43,960 bases of DNA from Tubiluchus corallicola (lineage: Eukaryota; Animalia; Priapulida), in assembly GCA_030141605.1 (NCBI GenBank), contig JAQGDQ010002378.1:347144-391103 (forward strand). The letters are read 5' to 3'. The notes under the pieces are model-generated. The model saw only the letters and a list, made by a program, of their open reading frames with translations, had not been told where the DNA came from and made no database searches. This document shows positions 11,610-26,400 of this stretch, in pieces (the stretch's first letter is position 1; every line of letters starts with the position of its first letter). The translations under genes and the position numbers were made by a program.

Positions 11610-11940
11610 ATTAGATCATTTTTCACCACGGTTAGATCATTTTGCACCATGGTTAGATCATTTTTCACCATGGTTCGATCATTTCGCACCAACGATTAGG
11701 TCATTTTTCACCATGGTTAGATCATTTGGCACCAATGATTAGATCAATTTGCACCAGGTTAGACCATTTTGGCCCGTGGTTAGGTCATTTCTCACCACGG
11801 TTAGATCATTTTGCACCATGGCTAGATCATTTGGCACCAATGATTAGATCAATTTGCACCAGGTTAGACCATTTTGGCATTTTGATCTCACAACGGTTAG
11901 ATCATTTTGCACCATGGTTAGATCACATGGCACCATGGTT
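11610..11940. repeat. ~21-bp degenerate tandem repeat
   Basis: TTAGATCATTTTGCACCATGG variants. Confidence 0.92.
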
Positions 11941-12419
11941 TAAGAAGGGACCTGCTTTCACTTAAGGAAAGGTAATATGGGGTACAGCAGCAAAGACTGC
12001 ACTGCATGACATGTCATAGCGCTATTGGTACGATGTGTGCGAAATAACCGCACAAATAAAAAGCAAGCTTACAGCATCTCATTTTGAATATTTACTAATT
12101 TTAAACAGGACACTGACTGGTCAGACAAACACGCAACACCCAGCCGAAACACGGCTGGTACAGTAAGTACAGAACAATAATAAGGAAATGCATGATCTAG
12201 AAGTTATCAAACACCATTAAGTGTATAATTATGAACGACATTATCACCGTTTTTATAAAACTCATATGTAGTCAGCACTCTCTTATGATGGGAAGTTTTG
12301 TAATGCATAATTAATGATATTATAAATGAAGTCTATTCTTTTAATTAACAAAGAGATTCATTTAATTAACAACAATAACTTAATCATCACAAGAAATCAT
12401 CAACAATGATAAACTATGT

Positions 12420-12637
12420 GTTTTGAAGTAAATCCCAAAAACTTTTATTTTAAATTCAATATTACAGAACAAATCAAATACGTGGCGATTTCTTCGCTTC
12501 CAATGAGTAGACTAAAAAACGTGCTCAATTCTGATTGGTTGACCTACTAAATGCATATAACGAAGCCAAGTTTTACAGGCAATTCTAAATAAGTACAACT
12601 TTAGATTAAAGGGCAAGCAGAGAGAAATCTTCCGAAC
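12420..12637 (-). repeat. Dispersed repeat (second copy ~39073-39290, opposite strand)
   Basis: Shared TTCGGAAGATTTCTCTCTGCTTGCCCTTTAATCTAAAGTTGTACTTATTTAGAA...CCAATCAGAATTGAGCACG. Confidence 0.9.
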
Positions 12638-15600
12638 ACTATGCTCATCACCAAACCAATAATGATAAATTCTGCTGTTTGTTTTAAGCAATTCGAGTAG
12701 CTAATAAAATAGAGCCTGTATATGCCAACATAATTTTTTCTCCCGCAAAGACCATTGTTATTACTTCTACCATTCCAAGCACCTCCGCATGCTGCGCAGT
12801 GATAAGAGTCGACTTCATCTTCAAAGTTTCGGCTGTTTGTGCATTTGCATTCATCGTAATTAGTCAGCACAGCAAAATTGTGTTCTGCATAAAAAATAAG
12901 GCGTTTGCTGTATGAATTCGTGAAATACGAAATAAAGTAAAGCTGAAATAAATATGAAAGAAAAAGCTGAATCAAAGACATGTTTTTGGCCACTACTTTG
13001 AGTGAAAAAGTAGGTCCAACTCCATGATCTAGTTACAACTATTCATCGCCATATTTCGTTACCAGCAAGGAAATCAATAGGCCTATTGTTTACTGCTCAT
13101 TTCTATTACACTCAGTCCACATTCATTTGGGGTACTCTAAACAAGTAATTACTTCTTGAGTACTACACGGGTTATTTGCGGCTTGGCATCTTGTGCACAT
13201 AATAATAAATATGTTATTAAATACTTTTATGTACAATGCTGTAATGATCGTTGAGGATATATTTAATAAATAAATAAAACAAGTTGGGACATGCATGAAC
13301 TGTTGTATCCAGATGTAGTGTTCAAGTTTGGACATGCATGAACTGTTGTATCTAGGTGTAGTGTTCAAGTTTGGACATGCATGAACTGTTGTATCTAGGT
13401 GTAGTGTTCAAGTTTGGACATGCATGAACTGTTGTATCTAGGTGTAGTGTTCAAGTTTGGACATGCATGAACTGTTGTATCCAGGTGTAGTGTTCAAGTT
13501 TGGACATGAATGAACTGTTGTATCCAGGTGTAGGGCTCAAGTTTGGACATGCATGAACTGTTGTATCTAGGTGTAGTGTTCAAGTTTGGACATGCATGAA
13601 CTGTTGTATCTAGATGTAGTGTTCAAGTTTGGACATACATGAACTGTTGTATCCAGATGTAGTGTTCAAGTTTGAAAATGCATGAACTGTTGTATCTAGG
13701 TGTAGTGTTCAAGTTTGGACATGCATGAACTGTTGTATCTAGATGTAGTGTTCAAGTTTGGACATACATGAACTGTTGTATCCAGATGTAGTGTTCAAGT
13801 TTGAAAATGCATGAACTGTTGTATCTAGGTGTAGTGTTCAAGTTTGGACATGCATGAACTGTTGTATCTAGGTGTAGGACTCAAGTTTGGACATGAATGA
13901 ACTGTTGTATCTAGGTGTAGTGTTCAAGTTTGGACATGAATGAACTGTTGTATCTAGGTGTAGTGTTCAAGTTTGAACATGCATGAACTGTTGTATCTAG
14001 GTGTAGTGTTCAAGTTTGAACATGCACGAACTGTTGTATCCAGGTGTAGTGTTCAAGTTTGGACATGCATGAACTGTTGTATCCAGGTGTAGTGTTCAAG
14101 TTTGAACATGCACGAACTGTTGTATCTAGGTGTAGTGTTCAAGTTTGGACATGCATGAACTGTTGTATCCAGGTGTAGTGTTCAAGTTTGGACATGCATG
14201 AACTGTTGTACCCAGGTGTAGTGTTCAAGTTTGAACATGCACGAACTGTTGTATCTAGGTGTAGTGTTCAAGTTTGGACATGCATGAACTGTTGTATCTA
14301 GGTGTAGTGTTCAAGTTTGGACATGCATGAACTGTTGTATCCAGGTGTAGTGTTCAAGTTTGGACATGCATGAACTGTTGTATCCAGGTGTAGTGTTCAA
14401 GTTTGGACATGCATGAACTGTTGTACCCAGGTGTAGTGTTCAAGTTTGAACATGCACGAACTGTTGTATCTAGGTGTAGTGTTCAAGTTTGAACATGCAC
14501 GAACTGTTGTATCTAGGTGTAGTGTTCAAGTTTGGACATGCATGAACTGTTGTATCCAGGTGTAGTGTTCAAGTTTGGACATGCATGAACTGTTGTACCC
14601 AGGTGTAGTGTTCAAGTTTGAACATGCACGAACTGTTGTATCCAGGTGTAGTGTTCAAGTTTGGACATGCATGAACTGTTGTATCCAGGTGTAGTGTTCA
14701 AGTTTGAACATGCACGAACTGTTGTATCTAGGTGTAGTGTTCAAGTTTGGACATGCATGAACTGTTGTATCCAGGTGTAGTGTTCAAGTTTGGACATGCA
14801 TGAACTGTTGTACCCAGGTGTAGTGTTCAAGTTTGAACATGCACGAACTGTTGTATCTAGGTGTAGTGTTCAAGTTTGGACATGAATGAACTGTTGTATC
14901 TAGGTGTAGTGTTCAAGTTTGGACATGCATGAACTTTTGTATCTAGATGTAGTGTTCAAGTTTGGACATACATGAACTGTTGTATCCAGATGTAGTGTTC
15001 AAGTTTGAAAATGCATGAACTGTTGTATCTAGGTGTAGTGTTCAAGTTTGGACATGCATGAACTGTTGTATCTAGATGTAGTGTTCAAGTTTGGACATAC
15101 ATGAACTGTTGTATCCAGATGTAGTGTTCAAGTTTGGACATGCATGAACTGTTGTATCTAGGTGTAGTGTTCAAGTTTGAACATGCATGAACTGTTGTAT
15201 CTAGGTGTAGTGTTCAAGTTTGGACATGAATGAACTGTTGTATCTAGGTGTAGTGTTCAAGTTTGAACATGCATGAACTGTTGTATCTAGGTGTAGTGTT
15301 CAAGTTTGGACATGCATGAACTGTTGTATCTAGGTGTAGTGTTCAAGTTTGGACATGCATGAACTGTTGTATCTAGGTGTAGTGTTCAAGTTTGGACATG
15401 CACGAACTGTTGTACCTAGGTGTAGTGTTCAAGTTTGGACATGCATGAACTGTTGTATCTAGGTGTAGTGTTCAAGTTTGGACATGCATGAACTGTTGTA
15501 TCTAGGTGTAGGGCTCAAGTTTGAACATACATGAACTGTTGTACCTAGGTGTAGTGTTCAAGTTTGGACATGCATGAACTGTTGTATCTAGGTGTAGTGT

Positions 15601-17410
15601 TCAAGTTTGGACATGCATGAACTGTTGTACCTAGGTGTAGTGTTCAAGTTTGAACATGCATGAACTGTTGTATCTAGGTGTAGTGTTCAAGTTTGGACAT
15701 GCATGAACTGTTGTATCCAGGTGTAGTGTTCAAGTTTGGACATGCATGAACTGTTGTATCCAGATGTAGTGTTCAAGTTTGGACATGCATGAACTGTTGT
15801 ATCCAGGTGTAGTGTTCAAGTTTGGACATGCATGAACTGTTGTATCCAGGTGTAGGACTCAAGTTTGGACATGCATGAACTGTTGTACCCAGATGTAGTG
15901 TTCAAGTTTGGACATGCATGAACTGTTGTATCCAGATGTAGTGTTCAAGTTTGGACATGCATGAACTGTTGTATCCAGGTGTAGTGTTCAAGTTTGGACA
16001 TGCATGAACTGTTGTATCCAGGTGTAGGACTCAAGTTTGGACATGCATGAACTGTTGTACCTAGGTGTAGTGTTCAAGTTTGGACATGCATGAACTGTTG
16101 TATCTAGGTGTAGTGTTCAAGTTTGGACATGCATGAACTGTTGTATCTAGGTGTAGTGTTCAAGTTTGGACATGCACGAACTGTTGTACCTAGGTGTAGT
16201 GTTCAAGTTTGGACATGCATGAACTGTTGTATCTAGGTGTAGTGTTCAAGTTTGGACATGCATGAACTGTTGTATCTAGGTGTAGGGCTCAAGTTTGAAC
16301 ATACATGAACTGTTGTACCTAGGTGTAGGACTCAAGTTTGGACATGCATGAACTGTTGTATCTAGGTGTAGTGTTCAAGTTTGGACATGCATGAACTGTT
16401 GTACCTAGGTGTAGTGTTCAAGTTTGAACATGCATGAACTGTTGTATCTAGGTGTAGTGTTCAAGTTTGGACATGCATGAACTGTTGTATCCAGGTGTAG
16501 TGTTCAAGTTTGGACATGCATGAACTGTTGTATCCAGATGTAGTGTTCAAGTTTGGACATGCATGAACTGTTGTATCCAGGTGTAGTGTTCAAGTTTGGA
16601 CATGCATGAACTGTTGTATCCAGGTGTAGGACTCAAGTTTGGACATGCATGAACTGTTGTATCTAGGTGTAGTGTTCAAGTTTGAAAATGCATGAACTGT
16701 TGTATCCAGGTGTAGTGTTCAAGTTTGGACATGCACGAACTGTTGTATCTAGGTGTAGGACTCAAGTTTGGACATGCATGAACTGTTGTATCCAGATGTA
16801 GTGTTCAAGTTTGGACATGCATGAACTGTTGTATCCAGGTGTAGTGTTCAAGTTTGGACATGCATGAACTGTTGTATCTAGGTGTAGTGTTCAAGTTTGG
16901 ACATGCATGAACTGTTGTATCTAGGTGTAGTGTTCAAGTTTGGACATGAATGAACTGTTGTATCTAGGTGCAGTGTTCAAGTTTGGACATGAATGAACTG
17001 TTGTATCCAGATGTAGTGTTCGAGTTTGGACATGCATAAACTGTTGTATCCAGGTGTAGTGTTCAAGTTTGGACATGAATGAACTGTTGTATCTAGGTGT
17101 AGTGTTCAAGTTTGGACATGCATGAACTGTTGTATCTAGATGTAGTGTTCAAGTTTGGACATGCACGAACTGATACTTCATTAAAAGAGTTTAAAGGTTT
17201 TTTTCTCTAAATCACAAAAGATATCCTTGCATTTACAGTTTTATCCAAAGTAATTAAAACAATGCAAATAAAACATACCCAATACGTGGCAATGACTCAC
17301 ACACATTTTTGGTGACATGCTTTGTCTTTTCAAGACAGTTGACTCTCCAAATGTGTCTTCTTCACTTTTTCTATAGCAACCAGTTCCTAGTTTCTCCCCC
17401 AAAGGAAATC
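12601..17410 (-). CDS. WSC gene exons E3 (17410-17279) and terminal D3 (12884-12601)
   Basis: GCYRKSEE..MSPKMCVSHCHVLG / HNFAVLTNYDECKC..CAACGGAWNG..LCG..YRLY, then the tail SYSNCLKQTAEFIIIGLVMSIVFGRFLSACPLI-stop. Confidence 0.82.
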
Positions 17411-20400
17411 CTTGTATAAAAAACATAAGCAATTTGAATCAGCAGAAATAATTCTAAACATGCCTTTGTTTATTATTGACATTCATACATCAGGACAAAC
17501 TGCAAAAAACTCTGAAACATGCTGGGGGTTTTGAGGCCACCTAGGCCCCAATGTGGCTGAGGGGCAAAGCCCCCTTGGAGCCAGCAACAAATTACAATTT
17601 TGTGACCATAGAGAGCCTCTAAGTGGACTTAAAATATCACTTACCTTGTTTCATGCATAATTTAAAATACCCAACAATCAAGGATACATGATACCTAATT
17701 GTCTCAAAAACGCCTAAGTAATGGCCGCTCCTATGCAAAAGTATATAAAAACTGTCTGCAATTGACTCAAATAACTCCGCACAATTGATTCTATAATTTT
17801 ATACATAGAGATATACACGTGGTTACACTGATGTACGTGACGTAAACAAAGTGACGGCCTGCCATCTAGCAGTCAGCTTGTGAAATAATGTACTGGGTCC
17901 GTAAAAATTTTCTCAACGAATTTACGCGATTTACAAAAATGGCACTACTGGTCTTCCAAAAACTCAGAATTCCGCGTATCCGCAGAATATTCTCATTCCT
18001 GCACACATACATTAAAATAGTATAAAAAAGAAATATAACATAGCAGGTGCAAATGCACTTACGCTGGATTTTAGAAAACATGAAACGACACACAAAAATA
18101 AAATCTATATAGAACCAAAACACTAAACTTCATTACATCCCATTACACATGTCATATACATTATATAGCATAAATTATAGACTCTATACAAGACGTTATT
18201 TACAAAAATATGGCACGGAGATAAGCAATTAGGCTAATGACATTGTCACGTTTCGGATAAAGTCACGGGAAATTAACGTTAGTTAATCTTTTACTGAAAA
18301 CTGACAAACTGGTGGCATCAACTACATGAGAATCCAGAGCATTCAAAGTTTACAACTCTGTTAGCAAATGAGAATCTTCTCCAAAAAGATGTAAACATTT
18401 CGAAGTTGTGAAATGCAAGTTTCACTTGAAAGCAAGCACAGCTAAACACGCTCTAGATCAGGTTCTGTTTGTGACAAGTCTCTACAGCATTTCTCTAATG
18501 TGTGACAACACATGCGACTGCAAATAATGCAATTACAAGTTTCATTGTTGTGCCTGATTAACTTGCTGACCAATGAGAAATTTCACTTTTTACACAATGT
18601 GCATTAATTGTGTTACAATGAGTATTTCCAGGTACAAACAACCAACGGATCTATTAAGGGAGGTTCTTAAGCTTTGTAATGAACACATTTTTGTGTCAAG
18701 ATCATTTTTCGGTTCTGCAAAATACGTTTTCCTTTGTATTCGTTTACGTTTTCGGTAAATTTATTAAGTGTTTTATGCTGTCTTGTTCACTAAATGAAGA
18801 ATTTTTCATGGGGTAGCAGAGGATTTTTCTCAAATGGTTAAATTATTTGCCCACTTAGACAAAAACAGCCAACATCTTCAAATAGCTAATGAAATATCCA
18901 AATGGAATATGTTATTTATGCAAATGAGGGACATGAACTTTTTGTGCGCTAATGATATTTGTATAGAAAAATTGTGTAAAATTTCACACAGCAGAAAGCC
19001 ACAGCTTAACTGAAACAAAAGGTTACCATTGTGTTTGTGACATGCAGCCGCCATGTTCATTGTCCTGCTGTAACTTCTAACATCACGCTGCACGAATGGG
19101 CATTGCTAAAGTTGGCGTTGCTATGATGACTGAGAAATTTTTTGTCTGCCATCTAGGGGGAGATGAAAAAACAATGCAAGCGCGTAATTGCATTATTTGC
19201 AGTCGTACTTGACTGCCATCTAGGGGGAGCTGAAAAAACAATGCAAACGTATAATTGCATTATTTGCAGTCGTACTTGACTGCCATCTAGGGGGAGGTGA
19301 AAAAACAATGCAAGCGCGTAATTGCATTATTTGCAGTCATACTTGACTGCCATCTAGAGGGAGGTGAAAAAACAATGCAAGCGCGTAATTGCATTATCTA
19401 CAGTCGTACTTGACTGCCATCTAGAGGGAGGTGAAAAAACAATGCAAGCGCGTAATTGCATTATTTGCAGTCATACTTGACTGCCATCTAGAGGGAGGTG
19501 AAAAAACAATGCAAGCGCGTAATTGCATTATCTACAGTCGTACTTGACTGCCATCTAGGGGGAGGTGAAAAAACAATGTAAGCGCGTAATTGCATTATTT
19601 GCAGTCGTATGCGACTGTTACACACAATATGAATTTAACTTGAAGAACCCGTTTAATTTCAAAATTTACTCACCAGCTGTAGGATAGACCAGCATTGCCC
19701 ATTCACCACCACAAGCTAAGCAAGACGAGTCATGTATATTACATTGTTCACGGGTACTGCCACATTTGAAGTTACAAGGGTTTCTGGCAGACGAATACCT
19801 TCCATACGAGTGGCCGCAGTGACACTCTGTTCCATACTGTAAGCCAGCAAACGCGAAGCCAAATTTCAAACAATGCCGCTTGCATTTTTCCGGTGTTAAA
19901 TATCGAAATCTCGTCCTGTGTGGCATGTCTCTCGTTCCTTTATGAGGTCGTCCTGCTCTTGGATCTCTATCTTCCCAGCAACCCAAGATTTCTGACTCGA
20001 GTGCAAAATCTAGAAGATGGAAAAGTAGAAAGAGAAAAAATAATGAAAATACCAAAAACGCCCTGTCATGCATTTATGAAATCTCTTAATGCGGTAGACA
20101 CGATGGAGTGTGGACTCTGCTGTGCAGGCAAAGGTATCGTTACAGAGCGAAATGTGATTGATATTCGACCTTCCCCTTCCCCACTGGGAGAGACTTGTCC
20201 ATGCGAAGCCATTGTATAGCGGCGTTGAATAGCAGGTATAAAACCATCATGGCCTCATCAATTCAGAAGGTAAACCGGGCAGGTGCGATTACCAGCTAAG
20301 CACATGTTCTGTCAGTGATGGCTCGTGTATAGATACTGTGGAATTGCATCACCCCCTAATTTATTTCAATATTGTTGATAATATTCAATATAATAAGTCC

Positions 20401-23400
20401 TTTTCTTTAGTCCTTTCTTTATACTTGTACGGTCCAAAGCAGGTGAGAATAGTACTGTTTGCTTCCCAGCCCAGCACACTGGTATGTTTAGCTGTTGTGT
20501 GCATGAGGCCATGCCCACATGTTTGAGATAACCCGGTGTACGCCGCACTGCTGGCATCTGCTGCTAGGTAGAGAAAGTACAGTCGCTCACACAGTTTGTT
20601 GTCAGTTGTCATATGCTTAAAACTGGGTACCAGCATATTCCCGAAGTGCGGCAATTTAGGTTATTCATAGTCAAATTATGGCATTAAGAAGTGAGACTTA
20701 TTACTGCTAAAGACCAGTGAGCAGAGGCAAGTTATCCTATAGGCTAGTATAGGCTGCAGCCTAGAACCTCACAAGCTTTGTAACATTTGCTAAAAATCTG
20801 TTTTTCAATACGGTTGTTTTTAAATATGCAATAATTTCATTTGCAATAAATAGTAAAATAGTGGCATTTCTTAAAGAATATTTTTAGTGACAAACGAAAG
20901 ATAGCTATTCTAGTTCGTTTAAAAAATTCGCAAAAAGTTTGCTTCAAGCTTTGTAACTGTTGCTAAAATACGTCACAAGTTATTCAAGATAGGTGTGGGG
21001 GAATTGAGGAAGACTTCTCCGAAGGGCCGGATAATTTCCGGATAATAAAGGGCCCTGCTAGTGGGAAAGAAAAGGCGCTGATTAAACGTTGACTTACTTT
21101 CAGTGGCATAAACGGAAACAGTATTTTTTCCTGGACAGGTTCCAGTGACTGTACTTGTACAATTTTTACAGTTCAACGAAAACTTGTCAAACGGAAATCC
21201 GTTGCCGCATTTGCAGACGAATTCATCGCTTAGTGCGTAATGGAGGCTGCCAAACAAATATCCTTCATTTCCGCACGTTTCCGTGCATTTTTGATCTAAA
21301 TCATTGGATCGTTGCATCAGGCGTTCCGTATGTGGAAAGTATGTCTCAGGCTTATAATATGGAAAACATCCTTGATACTTGTGTGGTGCTATACAGAAAG
21401 ATAAAATGAGGATTAGTTGAAAGAAGATGCTTATGTTCACTCAGACTTGTAAATAGGGACGATGCTATCATGACATAAGTTAGTATAACATCATATTATC
21501 ACAAAAGGTAGGATACATAATCATTCGTAGGATAGAATGAGATAAAGTCACGTGACTCCATGATGAAGACTCCAAAGTATTGCAGAACATTACATGTCTA
21601 CTGAACAACAATAAACTGTACTTGAATTGAAGTAGAAACATTAAACTGTGACCGGTATTACCTCCAGTGTCGTACACGGCGTAAAGACCAGCACCACTAC
21701 CGCAGTAGCCGTTATTGTCACCGTCACATTTTTCACACGGCTGCTCAGCGGCAACTGTAGCACTTCCGGTACCAACGGTATTATCACAGTGACAAATGTA
21801 GCTTGCGTCCTTCCGTTCGAGCAAAGCAAAACTGCCAGAAGATCTACTTGTGTTACTAAAAACCATGCAGCGAGACACACACTCATAAGCTGACTTCACA
21901 TTAGATGTTTCCGCAAAGGTGATATGAGTTGGAAATTTCCAGCATCCTCTGTACTCTGGACGAGAATCTTTCCACTCTGTGAAGACAAAACACAGGTACA
22001 TGTAGAACCGTTGGCTTATAAACCTCGTTGAAATTTTATCACGTCCGATTAAAGTCCCATTAATCACTTTTTTCTTTTAATTACTAACATGATTTTTACA
22101 CGTTTACAACGATTCTAAATTATATAAACCTCTCACAAACCATTACCAGTATTGCTCATTATTATTGTTATCATTGTTGTTGCTCTTGCTGCTCTTGCTG
22201 CTGTTGTTATTGTTGCTGCTCTTGTTGCTGCTCTTGCTGTTGTTGCTGCTGCTGCTTTTGCTGCTGATGGTGATGATGGTGATGGTGGTGGTGGTGGTGA
22301 TGATGATGATGATGATGATGATGAGGAAGAGGAGGAGGAGGAGGAGGAGGTGATGGTGATGATGATGATGATGATGATGAGGAGGAGGAGGAGGTGGTGG
22401 TTGTTGTTGTTGTTGCTGCCGTTTGAAACACATCAAAAAACAATGGCCAACTTTAACATTTTCTCAAGATTAAGTTTTCCACTGCCTAGCCTGCATCTCA
22501 ACTTCAACGTGGATTATTTCAGCTTAGAAATAACATAGAGCGATGAACTTGGTATCAAAATGATCCTCGTGAAATGAAAATTCAGGATATCACTTCGTGA
22601 CTGACTAGAGAAGCTTAATTGCCAACTTATGGATGATTTTGCTATACAAGTAAACATTTGCCAGTCCTTCCCGATCAGCAGACAGCTCAATACTTTCTTG
22701 CGTATTATTAACACGAATAAATAAATAATAATCGCATAGTAGAAATTAGTTGATTGTACTTAATATCGAGATTAGGAACTTTTAAAGAAACAATTCCTCA
22801 CCAGTATACACCCTGTAAATGCTGGCTTGAACTTCAATCTTACTTCCACACCGATCAAAGTGATTATTACGTCCAGTAAAAGCGCCACCACACGCACCGC
22901 AATGCTTCTTTACCACACTTAAAAATTTAGCAGGAATAATAACGGGTCAGTATAACGGGTCATTTTTATATAAAGTTGAATACAACCATTTCGCTCCTGG
23001 TCATTTTGCAAACGGTAAACAGGTTTGGCGAAGGCATAGCGAGATATGACTGTAAGTGAAGCTAATAACTCATGTCTATTAGTTAAAGGACACATCAACA
23101 CTTTCAGAATGAAATGGTAACCTCTACTGTGACATGTTTAAACAAAGTCTTTTGTATCAAAATTAAAAATCAATAATGCCTACCACTCACCAGAATAAAC
23201 TCTATGAACGCTACTATAGCCTGTTACGTTTGACCCGCACAGGTCAAAATAATTATTACGGCCCGTAAAAGCTCCGGCACAAGTAGCACAATGGACTTGG
23301 TCATGTTCAGTCACTGGTGTTATGTAACTTGTACACGTGCATTCATCATAATTGTTTAACACGGCAAAATCTTCACCTGAAAACACGAATTCAAAAGTGA

Positions 23401-26400
23401 TGAACGAAGGAAAAATCTAGAGGCATAAAATATTGAGGTACATAATCTCTTACTGGGTAACAGTACAATAACAACAACAATGGGTAGCAGTACAGTAACA
23501 ACAACAATGGGTAACAATAGAGTAACAACAACAATGGGTAAAAATAGAGTAACAACAACAATGGGTAACAGTACAGTAACAACAACAATGGGTAACAATA
23601 CCGTAACAACAACAATGGGTAACAATAGAGTAACAACAACAATGGGTAACAATACAGTAACAACAACAATGGGTAACAATACAGTAACAACAACAATGGG
23701 TAACAGTACAGTAACAACAACAATTGGTAACAATACAGTAACAACAACAATGGGTAACAGCTACCAAATAAAAGATCTGTATGACACCTTGAAAGCTTAC
23801 CTTGTTAAGGTAGCAGAAATGAGTGAATGAAAAAATGGTTAGGGTCAGTAGACACGATGAAATGGAAAAAGAGAGTAAGATTAGGGATAGGAAGAAGGAG
23901 AAGAAATGACCACAGTGTGTTTTATTTACATACAACTATATTAAAATAGCATTACAATTGATTGGAGGCCATATATATTGCAACTGCACTCTTCATACAA
24001 CTTGGTAAAATATTTCACAATAATTGCTGTATGTAAAGGCAAATCACAACGTTATGACACCCTTAGCTGACATATCAGCCTGCACATCTCTCTTACGGAT
24101 TTATGGTTATCTATATCATGAAGCGCAGTACAAAATTAAGTTGTAATTTATCAGTATTACCTATGTGGTTGTTGTGAATGACATGTACTTAGACAATGCT
24201 TATATCCAAAGCAGGCTGAACAACTGCTCGTGGTGTACTACCATTTTTGAATTGAAACTTTGTTTGCTATTATAACACTTATATAAAAACGGCTTCTGAA
24301 ACTAAGTGAATTATGAAATACGTGTTTTAGATGAAAGAATACGCATTTCCTGTGGAGAATTTCTTACACTGGGTCCCAAAACCCTTCTGGCGCCCCTCAA
24401 AATTTGGTGCCCTAAATTACAGCTTAGTCTGCCTATAGATAGATGCGCCCTGTAAACAAGTACCACCCTCTACGGTGCTAGCAGGTATGGTACGGTACAT
24501 GCGCAAGGAAATAGTAAATGGCAAAAAAGTTTAATTATGAATTTGTCTTCACTAGAAGTTTGTGGTTTCTCAGCCTTGCTACCTGACTCATGTGGCAGTT
24601 CCCTAGTTTAAAGTTATGAAAAGAAAAACATTCTTAGAATTTCAATTTTAGAACTTTTGAACAGTTTTTTTAAATGTTGATTTCGTTTTCCATTTTTGCC
24701 TGTAAACTTTTTTAATTGCATTGAGTTTGTTGTTAAAAATATCGTTCCTTTGAAGTTTTTATTTTTCTTTTCATTTTTCTATTGTGTTTGCTGAATTTGT
24801 TGTTTGTTACATTCAAATGCATATCTCTTGCACTGAAATGAATTTTTTGGTTGAGCGAGGATGATTAATCATGACCCACACATGGCTATATTAAAATTGC
24901 ATATTATGAATAATCATATACTATTTTGATGCATTTAATGAGTAACAACTTGAACATAAAACAAAACTTACATGTATGTTAGTTGTTAAAATCATAATAA
25001 TAAGCTTAGAGAAGGTTAAACTGTTAAAAGGTTATGTAAACAAGTTTTATTTTACTGTTATTAAAGCCGGGTATATGATTCTTAGCCATCCAGTATAGCT
25101 AACTATATATATATTCATATATCACACATGAATACACATATAAAGGTTATGTAAATAAGTTTTATTTTGCTGTTATTAAAGCCAAGGTTGTGATTCTTAA
25201 GCATCCAGTATAGCTCGCTATATATATATTTATATATCACATATGAATACATATAAAAAGCTTAAAGACTTGAGTTCATGGTCATTAAAAATTTGTATGG
25301 TGTTTGTCGATCGAGTTCATGAAAATGATAAGTTACTTTAACTTTCGAATCGATGAATAACTTAAATAGCAAGCGCGTGTAATGATGACCACGGGTTCAA
25401 AAGTTGGCAAAAAAAGAACAATTCTTTGAATGTCTGCTCCTAAAACACGTGAAATGCAGTATTATTTATTTAACTAGCAAAATCCACTTATAATCAACAA
25501 TGCGCGCACATTCTACCTAGTGTTCGTTTATTTACCAAGCCAGCTTTTACTGAATTAAAGTTATAAGGTTATAGGCAGAGTACAATGGATAACGTCACAA
25601 CAATGGCTTTGCCTCAGCAATTTTCAAAGCGAAAATCTCCGGAAACGGAATCTCCAACCAACTCGTCACAGCTCCTCACAGTGGAGGTTTCCTAAAATGC
25701 TGCTCACATAATCATATAGCCCTGTTCTTCCTCTTTCTAAAAAGCTATATACCTCCTTCGGAGAGTCACACTAAGCGCCACTAGAACAGCTTTTTCTAGA
25801 ACAGACAAATTTCAAAAAAATCGGCAAATGAGTTACGGGAAAACGCCCATTACAGGATGCCGTGGTCGTCACGCAGATTCTAAACATACCACCAAAATTA
25901 ATATAAACGATAAATATACCATACCCACTTCATAGCAAAAATGGATGCACATTGTAGCTGTCATTGATGCCAGTTTTATTACAGTAGAATTCGGAAATTT
26001 CTGGACAAGTTTGAAGCAGCCGGATTGAAATCGCCCTCCTGGTACATACACTTGCACAAAAAATAAATATTTATTATGCGTCACCAAAACTATTATTTAA
26101 AGTGTCAATATTTATAACTTCCTTCTTTTTCTTGGACGTAGCGCGTTCAACTTCACTATCAAAATATGTTCGTCTTAACTCCTTCTGGACAGCACCACTT
26201 GAAATATGTCTTATAAGACCTAGAACTTTCCTGCTGCTGTATGAGCAGAAACAATAGTAAATGATTACAAATTTGGTACTGTTCTATTGTGCAGAACTTT
26301 GGCTATCCAATCTTGCTATTTGTTTAAACATTTATAAGCGATTTAATTGGACAAAATTAAGAAAAATACGTCCTTTTCAGGCCCTACAACGTAGCCAATC

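Noticed and set aside
13287-17172. Regular 43-bp array as a CRISPR array
   Set aside because: Units are contiguous with no unique spacers, there are no cas genes, and the context is a eukaryotic intron.
23356-23935. Mucin-like (VTTTMGNNT)n ORF
   Set aside because: It comes from a 27-bp tandem repeat, the Thr-rich frame is antisense to the WSC gene, and there is no splice support.
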